The notes below the pieces were generated by a model. The model was not told where the DNA came from. It did no database searches and saw only the letters and a program-made list of their open reading frames with translations. A DNA stretch of 64,000 nt, taken from IMG/VR virus record IMGVR_UViG_3300031949_000005, positions 32,001-96,000 of that record; one strand, written 5' to 3'. A program made the position numbers and the translations under genes. Shown piece after piece: positions 1-10,820 of this stretch (its first letter is position 1; every line of letters begins with the position of its first letter). This DNA comes from a virus.

Positions 1-1095
1 TAATATATTTGTAGCTTTTTCAGCACCTGGGCTATAAAACGAACCCCTGGAAGCTATTTTAAATTCGTTATTATGCCTATATAAAATTCCAAGCCACCCA
101 TCTTCTTTTGTGAATATTTTAAATCCATTATTCCACGGTAATATATTTGCTTGTGTTTCTGGCTTTTCATTAATATTGAAGAACTTAGATAATGGTCTAG
201 CTACACATTCTAGTGTGTCTATATCAAAAATATGTCCACGACTATTTAGTGTTATATCATCCCATTTGTTTTCAAATACACATCTGTCGGTATATGTGTA
301 TATTTTAAAGCGATCCATTTTATCACAGCGCAATAAACCTTGCACCATTAAATCTTCTCTTGCTTCGATATCGTTTTGATTATTTTTATCTATTTTTATA
401 CCCTCTGTTTCTATGATTTTTATTTGGTTATTTTCTATAACTGCTGCCCTTAATACTCCACCGAAAACTGCGCCCCCGTCTAAGCAAAATACGTTTGGAT
501 TTGGGTTTACTGATTTTTCAACTATATGGCCACAAACGACATTGAAAGATCCATCCAAATAATCGTACCAAATACCGCCAAAAGATTCGTCAAAATAATT
601 CTTGGGGTTAATGCCACGGATATATATACAAGATTCTTTGGTTTGATTTTCTGGTAAAATTCCTGGAGCAAATCCAGCATGGACAACATATAATGGTTTA
701 TTGTCAATATATGGTAATTTAATTATACACGGAAGATTATCAAGATATTTTATAATATCATTTTTATCCATATCCTTGATTTGATTTATAGTTTTCTTTA
801 ACCCTGGAGAGATGGATACTTTATTTCCTTTTAAGTATCTTAAAAGTTTCCAACAATGATTACCCATAACAGAATATGTATTTGGGGTATTCATAAAATA
901 TTTTAGAACTTTATCGCTTAGAGGACCCCTGTCAGTGAGGTCTCCAACTGCTATAACAATATCATTATCTATATCATAATTACATTTTTCTAACAGATTT
1001 AGGAATTGTATATGACATCCGTGTATATCCCCAACTATTATTATTCTTTTGTCTTTCAAGGAAGATATATCTAATATTTTTGCATATTCTTTCAT
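1..1095 (-). CDS. Metallophosphoesterase fused to T4 Rnl1-like RNA ligase (runs off left edge; not in ORF track)
   Basis: Manual translation from ATG at 1095 gives GDIHG, GDLTDRG, GNH and LDGGAVFGG (calcineurin-like phosphoesterase), then YTYT, SRGHIFD, RPLSKFFNINE, KEDGWL and ASRGSF (Rnl1 adenylyltransferase motifs). Confidence 0.85.
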   Translation of the reverse strand, partial: MKEYAKILDISSLKDKRIIIVGDIHGCHIQFLNLLEKCNYDIDNDIVIAVGDLTDRGPLSDKVLKYFMNTPNTYSVMGNHCWKLLRYLKGNKVSISPGLKKTINQIKDMDKNDIIKYLDNLPCIIKLPYIDNKPLYVVHAGFAPGILPENQTKESCIYIRGINPKNYFDESFGGIWYDYLDGSFNVVCGHIVEKSVNPNPNVFCLDGGAVFGGVLRAAVIENNQIKIIETEGIKIDKNNQNDIEAREDLMVQGLLRCDKMDRFKIYTYTDRCVFENKWDDITLNSRGHIFDIDTLECVARPLSKFFNINEKPETQANILPWNNGFKIFTKEDGWLGILYRHNNEFKIASRGSFYSPGAEKATNIL

Positions 1096-1625
1096 TGTTT
1101 ATTTTTCCATGTTCGATTTAATCTAATATCTCTTATTGTTTGTCTGTTTACGGAAAATATTTTTCCTATTTGAATATTTGTTAAGCCATCTTTAATCATA
1201 TCTTTTATTAAAATTACTTTTTCTGAATTAAGTTTGGCACTTGGATGATTATCTCTCGTAAAAAGATATCTAGTTTTAATTAACATATTGGTTCCGTGTT
1301 TAACTGTATCCTTGGCATTTTCTGATTTGGAGCCCCATTTTAAATTATTTAAATTATTATTATAAGAGTTACCATCTATATGTAAGGATTCCATATCTAT
1401 TGGACAGATACCAATAAATGTTAATAGGATTATTCTATGAACTCTATATGGTTTTGAAATTCCATTTTTACTAAGATCTACTCTTTTATAACCTTTTCCA
1501 TTGTCGGTTTGTTTTAATAATCTTTCTTTTCTACAAAATTTACCGACTAATCTTTTTATATTACCAAAGTTAGAAGCTATATAAATTCCTTCATATCCAG
1601 GGATATCTTTCCATATTTCTTTCAT
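1092..1625 (-). CDS. NUMOD4-HNH homing endonuclease
   Basis: EIWKDIPGYEG..ASNFG (NUMOD4); VHRII, HIDGN..NN.LNNLKWG (HNH_3). Confidence 0.9.
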   Translation of the reverse strand: MKEIWKDIPGYEGIYIASNFGNIKRLVGKFCRKERLLKQTDNGKGYKRVDLSKNGISKPYRVHRIILLTFIGICPIDMESLHIDGNSYNNNLNNLKWGSKSENAKDTVKHGTNMLIKTRYLFTRDNHPSAKLNSEKVILIKDMIKDGLTNIQIGKIFSVNRQTIRDIRLNRTWKNKQ

Positions 1626-2124
1626 TTTATCTTTTCTATTTTAATTTTTCCATCTCTTAATGCCTCATATAGATCATATAAAACCATTTTACTACGATCG
1701 TTACTTCGGCAGATAAAACAACCTCTACGATTTCTTTTACAATGAGAATGTTCTAATTTTTCTGTTAGAGCTATGCGAGCATCATAAAAAGCTGATAATA
1801 TATATTCTTTTTTTGGTAATTTTATCATATTATTCTTTTTCTTTTAGGATTAAATTAAAATCTTTTATGTTTCCTATACATTTTCTGTTTCTTCGCCGAG
1901 ATATTTTATTTAACTCATCTTCCGATATATTATTTAGGTTATTTATGAACTTAAACGGTTCTGATAATCTGTTGGCACTATCTTGTAATTCGATTAAGGT
2001 TCCCCAACCAAAACCTGTTTGAGCCAGCATATATATAGTTTCATAATCTTCAAAAGTAAATAAATCTCCACACCTATAACTTGTTAAAGTAATCTTTTTT
2101 TCATAATTTGGCATAAATTTTCCT

Positions 2125-2385
2125 TTAATATAATATCACACCTAGACCCATTGAATCTTGTTTTAGTGTAAAATTTGAAAAATCCGGAAGTTCAACATAT
2201 TCTTCTGGTTCTAAATTGGGTAAATATCTTAGTATTGCTGATATTATAAGATGTGTTTTTTCTGTTACTACCGCGAAGGTTGTTTTACCATACATACCTC
2301 TTCCAGAATAATCTTCTCTTAATTCTGCCTCTATTCCATTATATTCTAATGCGTTGATGAAAAATTCCGCTTGTTCTTTAGTCAT
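2125..2385 (-). CDS. Conserved phage hypothetical protein
   Basis: YSGRGMYG...DSMG motif that I recognise from phage small proteins; upstream SD-like AGGA. Confidence 0.6.
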   Translation of the reverse strand: MTKEQAEFFINALEYNGIEAELREDYSGRGMYGKTTFAVVTEKTHLIISAILRYLPNLEPEEYVELPDFSNFTLKQDSMGLGVILY

Positions 2386-2606
2386 TTTTTTATTTTCCTT
2401 AGTAAGATAATTCTATTTCGTGTTTTTTCTTACATTCTGGACAGTCCATTATTTTTAACTCTATAATATAACTATTATCATAAGACTCATAAGATTGTAA
2501 AAAGTAATCATATGTATATGTTTTTAGTTTAATTTTCGTTCTTTTTTGTGTATTTGGACACAAATAACTTATATATATTTTATAGTCATGATATTTTCTA
2601 CTCATT

Positions 2607-3023
2607 TTATAAATCTCCTGGCCAAATATATGGTAAATTATCTGGTTCATTCCATCCAAATTGACTATAATAATTTCTATCTTTTCTTAAAAGATTACTT
2701 CTATGAGAAGCATGAAATTCGTTATTTCCTAACCATTTAGGATATTTTATGTCTTGAAATGGTGATAAATCATATAATTTCATTGTATTTTTATATCCTC
2801 TTTTAATCCATTCTTTAATCATACAATTCATATAGTAACCTAATGCGTTGTTATATCCAATCCACATCTTAATAATTGGATGATTTTTCCATCTACTATT
2901 GAGATTTGTTCCAGTCAAGATATTTAATATTTGATAAGCTTCTACTCTTTGCTTCCCTAATCTTTGATAGTCAAGTATTTGCGCGGATCTTTTAAAATTC
3001 GGAACTGGTAAAAATGTTTGCAT
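2607..3023 (-). CDS. Pyrimidine-dimer DNA glycosylase-like protein (MSMEG_6728 family)
   Basis: MQTFLP...LD..RLGKQRVEA.QI, HP...MW.GY, HASHRSNLLRKD, LPYIWP. Confidence 0.85.
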   Translation of the reverse strand: MQTFLPVPNFKRSAQILDYQRLGKQRVEAYQILNILTGTNLNSRWKNHPIIKMWIGYNNALGYYMNCMIKEWIKRGYKNTMKLYDLSPFQDIKYPKWLGNNEFHASHRSNLLRKDRNYYSQFGWNEPDNLPYIWPGDL

Positions 3024-3218
3024 TATATTATTTCTTTTTTGTTTTTCTATTATAGTGATTAATTGTCTTAATTGTCGTGTGTATTCTATCTTCTTTGATC
3101 CAATGAGCGATTTGTGAGGCCATACTAGGAGATAAACCTTCTAGTGCATAAAAATCTGGGCAATCTTTTCTAAGTCGATTAAGTATTTCTAATATATCTT
3201 TATTTAACATATTTTCTC

Positions 3219-3407
3219 CTATGGTTTAAATGTAACTCCAATAGATGGATGAGATAATATATCTGATTCGATCATTAAGATTAATTTAATTTCATAGCTA
3301 TCAAGAGCTTCTTTGGAAACTCTCGTCATTGGTGGACCCGCACGCATTGATTTAAATTTTTGTAATATAAATTTTTTTACAGCGCTTTTATTTAATAAAC
3401 TAGACAT
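3219..3407 (-). CDS. Putative short histone-fold protein
   Basis: 62 aa; LLNKSAVKKFI...MTRVSKEALD(helix)...G.T.KP follows the prokaryotic histone-fold pattern; strong SD GGAG downstream for the next gene shows tight packing. Confidence 0.5.
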   Translation of the reverse strand: MSSLLNKSAVKKFILQKFKSMRAGPPMTRVSKEALDSYEIKLILMIESDILSHPSIGVTFKP

Positions 3408-3645
3408 TATCTTACTATCCTAAATCTCAAACAGAATAATCCCCATCCGAAAGATAAATCAAATAAACACTTGACATTATTTTTAATTTCTTTGTTGTTA
3501 AAAATAAGTGTGAAAACTGGTAATAACCAAAATGGTAAGCCAAACGAAGTTCCCATACCGAATGTAGTTTTAAAGATATTAAAACCCATCCATCTACATT
3601 TATCTTTTTTGTTATAATTATTAAAGAATTTCATTTTATTTTCTT

Positions 3646-4464
3646 TCAATTATTAAATCCACCCGACATACAATACGGACTACATCCCATTATATTTAAA
3701 CTTACGAATTGATTATTACTGCTTCCAACCCCATTTTTTGAACACAACAAACAAGTCATTCCTTCTTGTAATTTTTCTTCTCTCCATAATATTATTTTAT
3801 GTTTTATTGCTTCGTATATAAATTGTTGAAAATTTTCAATAGGTGAATTACCGAATGGACACCAGTGTATTAAACAGTTTTCGTCTATAAATATGAGTTT
3901 TCTTTGAGCCTCATTTCTACACATTGCGCCGTAATTATTGGTTGAATTATTCCATTGATGGATTTTTATTTTATTATCATATGCTCTTCCCAATGGTGCA
4001 ATTAAATCCAGAAATCCTACTTGTTGTATGAAGATATGTTTATAATTCTTAAATATTGTTTTTAATTTTTGATAAGCTAATATACCATATTCCTCTTTTG
4101 AATGATATTGTGTTTGAGATATTCTTATTGTTATAGATTCATTTTTTAGAGTATTAATTAAATCAATAAATTTGTTCAAAGATTTTTTATTTTTAATGAA
4201 AACCCCATTTGTAATTATACCAATTTGTGTTTTATTTTGCGATATATTATATATTAGATCAGTATAATGGGGTATTAATGTTAACTCACCACCAGTAAAA
4301 CAAATATTTATGTCGTCATTAGGAAGCCATTTATTAATTTCTTTACTTTTTTCTACAAGAAAATGTTCTTTATAATGTGGCGATGATCTAAAAACACAAT
4401 GGTCGCAAGATTCATTGCAAAAATTTGTCAATCTAATTAATATTTCATTTTTCATTTTTAACAA
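3646..4464 (-). CDS. Radical SAM protein
   Basis: CNESCDHC (CxxxCxxC), FTGGE, ITNG, C-terminal Cys cluster. Confidence 0.85.
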   Translation of the reverse strand: MLKMKNEILIRLTNFCNESCDHCVFRSSPHYKEHFLVEKSKEINKWLPNDDINICFTGGELTLIPHYTDLIYNISQNKTQIGIITNGVFIKNKKSLNKFIDLINTLKNESITIRISQTQYHSKEEYGILAYQKLKTIFKNYKHIFIQQVGFLDLIAPLGRAYDNKIKIHQWNNSTNNYGAMCRNEAQRKLIFIDENCLIHWCPFGNSPIENFQQFIYEAIKHKIILWREEKLQEGMTCLLCSKNGVGSSNNQFVSLNIMGCSPYCMSGGFNN

Positions 4465-4523
4465 CTATCCAATAACAATGATTTTTTCTAAGATGTTTAA
4501 AAGAACTACTTTTATCCATAATT

Positions 4524-5062
4524 TTATATATTTATATGTTTCCAAGTTCGGTTTTTATCTATATGGGATATAGCGGATTCTCCTACGTTGAAGATTTTTC
4601 CTATTTGTTTTTTAGTTTTATTATTTTGCCTAAGCATTAATTTTATCTGCATTACTTTATCTTCTGTTAGTTTCGAAAAATGATTATTTGATCCTTTTAT
4701 TATTGGTGGTTTCTTATTAGTTCCGTGTCTTATTTTGTCCTCCCAATTTTCTCTATATGTTCCCCATCTTAAATTTTCGAGATTATTATTTTGACGATTA
4801 CCATCAAGATGACGACAAGAATATCCTTTAGGTTTTGGTCCTACGAAAGACGATAATACAAGACCATGGATTCTGAATGTTTTTCCTATATTTTTTTAAA
4901 TAATTTAACAGAAATATATCCGTGTTTTTCTATATATTGAGCCAATTGTTTTATCAAAGATTTATTATGGTTTGTTTTTAAACTTCTTACTTTTCCGGTA
5001 TTAGATACCTCGTATTGATCCTCATATCCTTGAATTGATTTCCATATTTCTAATTTATCCAT
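4524..5062 (-). pseudogene. Frameshifted NUMOD4-HNH endonuclease
   Basis: MDKLEIWKSIQGYE..VSNTG stops at TAG after an A7 run (4891-4897); the shifted frame continues IHGLVL..FVGP..RHLDGNRQNNNLENLRWGT to TAA at 4524. Confidence 0.8.
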
Positions 5063-5681
5063 GATTTTTAATCACTATGAAAAATGAATGGTTTTTACGT
5101 AAATGAAGGATATTATTCCATTTAGAAGAATTCATAACGTTGTTTCTTATTTTAATAAACATATCATCTACGTTCATACCAAGTTTAATTGCTTCATTTA
5201 TTAAATCACAATGTTGCCACTGGTATCTTCCGGAATGAATCATATCTCCAATTTTAGCAATGATTATTCCTCGTTTTTTTATTATTCTTTTTGCTTCAAT
5301 TAAGAATGGAATAAATATTTTTGAAATATTCAACCCATCTCTATCCACGTCATTATTTGTTATTCCATAACATTCTTTATATACTTTTGAAGAATACTTC
5401 GAGTCTCCGTCCGAAGTCAGGAATGGTGGATCAAAAACAACAATATCTATACACCTATTCTCTAATGGCATCTTCTTAAAACTCCCAACTATTATTGTAT
5501 TATATTTAGGGTCAATATCTAATGTAATAGTGGGTTTATATTTACATTTCTTCCACATTTTACCTGTATTGTATGTACAATCTAATACAACTGGATTTTC
5601 ACACGGACTATGCATAGGAATTAAAATGTCTAATATCTTATGATCTTGTAAATAACCTGCACTTAATGGTCTATTATTCAT
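5055..5681 (-). CDS. DNA amino-methyltransferase
   Basis: VLDCTYNTG (SAM-binding-like) and FDPPF catalytic motif. Confidence 0.75.
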   Translation of the reverse strand: MNNRPLSAGYLQDHKILDILIPMHSPCENPVVLDCTYNTGKMWKKCKYKPTITLDIDPKYNTIIVGSFKKMPLENRCIDIVVFDPPFLTSDGDSKYSSKVYKECYGITNNDVDRDGLNISKIFIPFLIEAKRIIKKRGIIIAKIGDMIHSGRYQWQHCDLINEAIKLGMNVDDMFIKIRNNVMNSSKWNNILHLRKNHSFFIVIKNHG

Positions 5682-6330
5682 ATATTCTCTTTTTGTATTT
5701 TTTATGTTTTCTAACAGGGGTTATTAGAGTTTTTTCTATTGACCAACCAAGTTTATCTAATCTGTCTCTTATAATATTTCTAGAAAAATTACGTTCTTCT
5801 GCCCATGCGGATCTACATTGTGTTTTATTATTAAAAGTTTCTAATTTATTGTGTCTACTGTTTCTATTTTGTGTTTTCATGGTGGTTAATCTGCAATTTT
5901 CTGGTGAATAATCGCCACCATTATTTGTTCTATCTAGAGTTAGTCCAAATGGTATTTCTCCAATATCTGTATAAAAATTCTCGAATCCTTTAGGATTTTT
6001 ATTTGACCACCTATAACAAACTTTAATTTTTCGTTTTCCGTAATATTTATAATCTTTTCGAGTTGAATCGTTACATCTATTATTCATATTTTGCCATATA
6101 TTATAAGATCTAAGATGTGAATATCCATGCTTTAAATTATTTCCCCTTTTCATTATACATCCACAGCTTCTAGTAGATCCACTTATTAAACTACTTCCTT
6201 GAATTATTTTTTGATTTCCACAGCCACAATCACATAACCACATAGCCGCCCCATAATCACTGTTTTTAACTCTTTTAACAACAGTTAATTTGTCAAATTG
6301 TTGTCCCGTTAAATCTATAAATTTGGGCAT
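5674..6330 (-). CDS. HNH homing endonuclease (DLTGQ.F.KLTV / CxCG type)
   Basis: WLCDCGCG, SCGC, YYG.R.IKVC.RW, TLDR.NN.GDYSPENCR. Confidence 0.85.
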   Translation of the reverse strand: MPKFIDLTGQQFDKLTVVKRVKNSDYGAAMWLCDCGCGNQKIIQGSSLISGSTRSCGCIMKRGNNLKHGYSHLRSYNIWQNMNNRCNDSTRKDYKYYGKRKIKVCYRWSNKNPKGFENFYTDIGEIPFGLTLDRTNNGGDYSPENCRLTTMKTQNRNSRHNKLETFNNKTQCRSAWAEERNFSRNIIRDRLDKLGWSIEKTLITPVRKHKKYKKRIYE

Positions 6331-6339
6331 ATCATTTTC

Positions 6340-7464
6340 TCATTCACATTCTCTTACTCTTATTCCTATTGGAAAACGTGGCAATCCATCGGTAGTAAAA
6401 TTTTGAAATTTAACAGTTAGTTGTTTACCAATAGCAATTTCCGGATCGGCCAGATATTTTTTAAGATTTTCTAGAGACCCCTCCATTTTACACGAAAATT
6501 CATGCCCATTTTTTGTCCTACACATAAATATTGCGCATGACGACATTCTCCCCCTACCTTCTTTTACACCAATTATTTCAAATTCTTCATCGGAGAACGA
6601 TTTAATTTTTTGTAGACCATAAGATCTTCCGTGCCTGTATAGGCTTTGGCTGTTCCTTACCATGCTTCCTTCATACCCTGTTTTTTTATCTATTATGAAA
6701 TAATCCATCAACTCTTCTGCACTATTTACTTTCCGCGTTTCGACTTTTACGATTTTACTACTATAATTAGATTTACCAGTAAATTTTATTTTTTGAATTT
6801 TTTCGGCTCTTTCTTCAAAAGTTAATTTGTCGTCTATTAGGTCATAAATATGATATTCGACTATCGTATGCCCATCCTTGGGTATTTGAGATCTTATAAA
6901 AGACGTTATTACTTCGAATGAATTTTTATAGTCGTGATTATATAATTCCCCATCAAGAATAATACTCTGGTTCGGGAATGTCTTTTCTATCGCATCAATA
7001 ATATGGGGAACACTGGTTATCGGTTTACGAGCGCGAGACCATAAGGTACACTTCCCATTATTTACAACACAAGCGCATCGGTGTCCATCCAATTTAGGTT
7101 GAGAATAACATGGATAGGTAATTTTAGCCTCGTGATCCCGGAACTTATGGGCAAGCATCACCTCTTCGCCGCCGACTATAAATTGCTTATCCACATTTCC
7201 TTGTCTTGCTTCTTCCTCGGTTTGACAATATCCTGATTTTAATTTTTTTTCCCATTGGGCTTGTGCTTCTAATATTGCTTGTTCTTCTGGCGTAGTTTGA
7301 TTGATTTTCCCTATATTTTTGCCATTTGTAATTGTGTCAGATGTTACTTGTATTTTACCACCTAATTTGCCATATTCTTTTATAATTGTATTTTTTTCAA
7401 CATAAATTGTCCATTGCTGGATAGAACCATCGCTATTTAATGAATATAATGTATTTTTTTTCAT
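6340..7464 (-). CDS. lig: ATP-dependent DNA ligase with WGR-like N-terminus
   Basis: QPKLDGHR (motif I), LDGELY, YEGSMVR, KIK, PRFP. Confidence 0.9.
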   Translation of the reverse strand: MKKNTLYSLNSDGSIQQWTIYVEKNTIIKEYGKLGGKIQVTSDTITNGKNIGKINQTTPEEQAILEAQAQWEKKLKSGYCQTEEEARQGNVDKQFIVGGEEVMLAHKFRDHEAKITYPCYSQPKLDGHRCACVVNNGKCTLWSRARKPITSVPHIIDAIEKTFPNQSIILDGELYNHDYKNSFEVITSFIRSQIPKDGHTIVEYHIYDLIDDKLTFEERAEKIQKIKFTGKSNYSSKIVKVETRKVNSAEELMDYFIIDKKTGYEGSMVRNSQSLYRHGRSYGLQKIKSFSDEEFEIIGVKEGRGRMSSCAIFMCRTKNGHEFSCKMEGSLENLKKYLADPEIAIGKQLTVKFQNFTTDGLPRFPIGIRVRECE

Positions 7465-7675
7465 TTATTTCATAATCCTAAAAGGTGTTTACCATCTCTA
7501 AGTTCAAAAGAATTATCTCCAATGAATTCTTCTATACTCATACCAATAAGTGTAGAATCTTTTAAATAAGTTGTTGCCCTCATCTTGAATATAGGAAAAA
7601 TTCCTTCTTCACAAACATCTATTCCACAACAAAAACAATCTTTATCGAATAAAAGTTCTACAGTCCTATTTTTCA

Positions 7676-7876
7676 TTATTTGTCTCCTATCTTTTGACGG
7701 TTTGCTCTTTTGATTTTTGTGTTATATTCTTTTTTCTTAGAGATGTTTTTAGTATCCCCTAGGGCTTCATTTATTTCTTTAATAAAATTTTCACATTCAC
7801 TGCCAGAAAATTCATGACCATCTATTAAACAATCACCATTTTCATCAATGATAATTTCTATTCTCTTATGATTCAT
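7676..7876 (-). CDS. DUF2997-family protein
   Basis: IEIIIDENG....GFSG..C......EALG.......K.EY pattern. Confidence 0.7.
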   Translation of the reverse strand: MNHKRIEIIIDENGDCLIDGHEFSGSECENFIKEINEALGDTKNISKKKEYNTKIKRANRQKIGDK

Positions 7877-8489
7877 TAGCCTGCTCCTCTAATACCTCAA
7901 GCCATCCAGGCATAGCCTTACTTATGTTATAAGATTCCATTACCCTATTAATTAAATCAAACACTGTTGCAATATCACCTTCATAAAATGCCCTTTCGGC
8001 TATATCATCAGCATTGCCCATACAAATAGAACCATCACCAACGTGTGGGTGTGGGCATGCTTCATCAATTGATTTTAATGCATCAGCCACAAATGCGAAC
8101 TCCGATTCAAGCACTATTCCAGCTCTGAATTTACCTACTTTAATATTATCAAATTCAAGAGATTTTGTTAATATAGTAAGTTCATTAGTTTCTTCATCAA
8201 AATTCAAACTTCTAAATTTACGTTTAGTTTGTTTTAAACTTTTTTCTATATTATCGACGGAAGGTTTATAAAGTTCTTTTGCTAAATTAAGATTATTAAA
8301 TGAGTCACGAATTGATTGAAATCTTATTTGTACATCATTGGGTAATTTTTTCCCAGAACATAAAGTATCTAGTTTTAATAATTTTGGTTTTATAAATGTT
8401 TTATATGAGTTAATAATATTTTTAATATATTCTTGATTATTTGATTCTATTATTTCGTAAATTATCTCAGCAACTTTCTTATTATTCAC
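7866..8489 (-). CDS. Prokaryotic E2 (ubiquitin-conjugating)-like protein, stand-alone paralogue
   Basis: HPHVGDGSICMGN (E2 HPN..G.IC signature); aligns by eye with 21332..22540. Confidence 0.7.
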   Translation of the reverse strand: MNNKKVAEIIYEIIESNNQEYIKNIINSYKTFIKPKLLKLDTLCSGKKLPNDVQIRFQSIRDSFNNLNLAKELYKPSVDNIEKSLKQTKRKFRSLNFDEETNELTILTKSLEFDNIKVGKFRAGIVLESEFAFVADALKSIDEACPHPHVGDGSICMGNADDIAERAFYEGDIATVFDLINRVMESYNISKAMPGWLEVLEEQANES

Positions 8490-8990
8490 ATATTTCTCCT
8501 AATTTATTATTAACTTCTGTGATTAACATACTTCTTCCTTCATCGCAATCCTCTGAGTAACAACCAACATATGCCTTTCCTTTATTTGTATATAATTTAC
8601 CTCCAAAACCAAGTATACCACCAAATCTGAATTCGTTACACTTATCATAATTTTTTCTATAAAAATCTATGAAACTATATTCAAGAGATTGATGAGCACC
8701 ACATTGGTTTTTAAGGATTCGCCATATTTCTCTCTCTTTACGACTAGTTCTACTATCAAAATATCTTTTAAGATTTTCTAATTCCAATTTCATGTGACAT
8801 AATATTATACTGGACAATATTGATTCTTTATTTTCGAAATATGTTATTATAATCTTAGCCGATTCGATAGCGTCAAATAATTCTTCATCAGAAATAAACA
8901 TCTTAGACGAAGCTTTTGCACCATTTATTATTTGTTCCAATTTAATCATTTTATTCTCCTTGAGAATTTAATTTTTCTAGTTGGATAGTG

Positions 8991-9353
8991 TTATAAACAC
9001 TCTATTTTCCCGCTATTTGTCGTATAAATAACTTTTACATTATAACGAGAGAGTAGTTTTTGACATTTTAGACATGGTTTTGCTAAACAAATTCCATTCG
9101 ATGATATCCTGAACACAAAAATTGTTATATTATTAAATCTATGAAAAGCTTTTAATTTATTTAATTTTTTTATTATTGCTTGTTCTGCGTGGAGACTCCA
9201 CCTTATATAATCTCCCTGTAGTCTGCGATTATTAGCGGAACATATTACTCTTCCGTTCTTGGTAATAGCAATACAACTCATCCTGGCTTTTATTATATCG
9301 CTTTTTATTGCAATTTTTCTAGCTATTGAAATATGTTTATCCGTTATTATCAT
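8991..9353 (-). CDS. Zn-dependent cytidine/dCMP deaminase-like protein
   Basis: HAE...KPCLKC. Confidence 0.8.
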   Translation of the reverse strand: MIITDKHISIARKIAIKSDIIKARMSCIAITKNGRVICSANNRRLQGDYIRWSLHAEQAIIKKLNKLKAFHRFNNITIFVFRISSNGICLAKPCLKCQKLLSRYNVKVIYTTNSGKIECL

Positions 9354-9365
9354 TTATTGTTTCCA

Positions 9366-9884
9366 TCAAATATAATACCATGTTCTTTTGGCATGAATAT
9401 CGCATATATTAGATACACTTACGTTGAAAATTTTCGCAATATTTGGCTTTGATATTTCACTATTTTTTAAAAGATATTTTATTATTCTGACTTGTTTTTC
9501 GTTAAGTTTTGCGCGGTTATTATTAGAACCCTTCCTGTTGGAAATAGTGCCATGTCTTATCATATCTTTTATATTTTCTTTATGTGTACCCCACTTTAAA
9601 TTTTTCAAATTATTATTTTGTCTGTTACCATCTAAATGTCTACATTCCATTTTATCTGGGCAGGGACCGACAAATGCTTCTAAAACCAGTCTATGTATCA
9701 TAAAACTTTTACCAATATTATTTCTATGTAGTTTTACGGCTATATATCCATCTGATCTTATGGATTTAGTGTTTCTATTAATTGATTTATTATAATTATC
9801 CTTAATCCTTTTAACATTACCTAAATTAGATACTTGGTAAAATTCTTTGTAGTTGATAATATCTTTCCATATCTCGTTATTCAT
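9366..9884 (-). CDS. NUMOD4-HNH homing endonuclease
   Basis: EIWKDI, YQVSNLG, IHRLVLEAFVG, RHLDGNRQNN. Confidence 0.9.
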   Translation of the reverse strand: MNNEIWKDIINYKEFYQVSNLGNVKRIKDNYNKSINRNTKSIRSDGYIAVKLHRNNIGKSFMIHRLVLEAFVGPCPDKMECRHLDGNRQNNNLKNLKWGTHKENIKDMIRHGTISNRKGSNNNRAKLNEKQVRIIKYLLKNSEISKPNIAKIFNVSVSNICDIHAKRTWYYI

Positions 9885-10544
9885 ATATTTTTTTCTTCTT
9901 ATTAAATTTGCAATTATTCTTATAAGCTTCCCATATTTTGGTTCTTAACTCTTTATTTGCTAATCCAGACACCTTCATTATGCTCAAAACATCAACTAGA
10001 GCCAATTTTCTACCAGTTATCTTACAAAAATTATCAGATGGATTTACTACAGCAATTCCTTCGAATACATCTTCTGGATCTCCAAATTGGTCATTTCTAT
10101 TAAATATTTCTATTTGAGCGATAGAACAAAGTCTACTATCGTCTTGTCTTGACAAATAACCGTATGGAATAATAAAACCATATTGGCCATTTAATTCATC
10201 AATAGGAATATTCTTATGATCGAATTTGATAACAAAATTATGGTCCCCATGTTCTACTTTAATCGCCATTTAATTTCTCCAATTCTTTTTTATAATAATC
10301 GAGTGTTTTTCTATGAAATTTAATTTTATCTTTTACTAATCTTTTATATCGTTTTAAAGCATTGTTATATTTTCTATAGACTAATCCTCTTATCGAATAA
10401 GCATAATAAGTATTAATGTCCTTATAAAAATTACAGCTTTTTTGGGATATTCCAGACCATTCAGACAAATAACGACATTTAGTTTTTACTATTCCGGATT
10501 CACCGACTAAAAAATATACATTTCTTTCCTTCATTTTTATTCCA

Positions 10545-10820
10545 TCACTTGTTTTCATTGTAATATTTACCTCCTGGTTGCATGTTTTCTATTTCAAATT
10601 CTATGCATTTTTCTCGACTTTTATGAGAAAATATATCAATAACTAATCCTGGCATAATATTAGGAATTCTCACAACCCATTCTTGATTATCTTCATTGAA
10701 TTCTATATTAGACGCTCTATGTATATTATATATATCGCCCACATCTTGTAAAAATAATTCATCATCATATATTGTTTTTAAATTACCGTCATTATCTATT
10801 TCTATTGTCCTAGTTATCAT
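10545..10820 (-). CDS. Small protein of the family that accompanies AAA/DUF1257/DUF2997 clusters
   Basis: Likely start MITRTIEID at 10820; I.ID.DG....IYDD......G...I.RAS.IE....EW pattern recalled from planctomycete clusters. Confidence 0.5.
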   Translation of the reverse strand: MITRTIEIDNDGNLKTIYDDELFLQDVGDIYNIHRASNIEFNEDNQEWVVRIPNIMPGLVIDIFSHKSREKCIEFEIENMQPGGKYYNENK

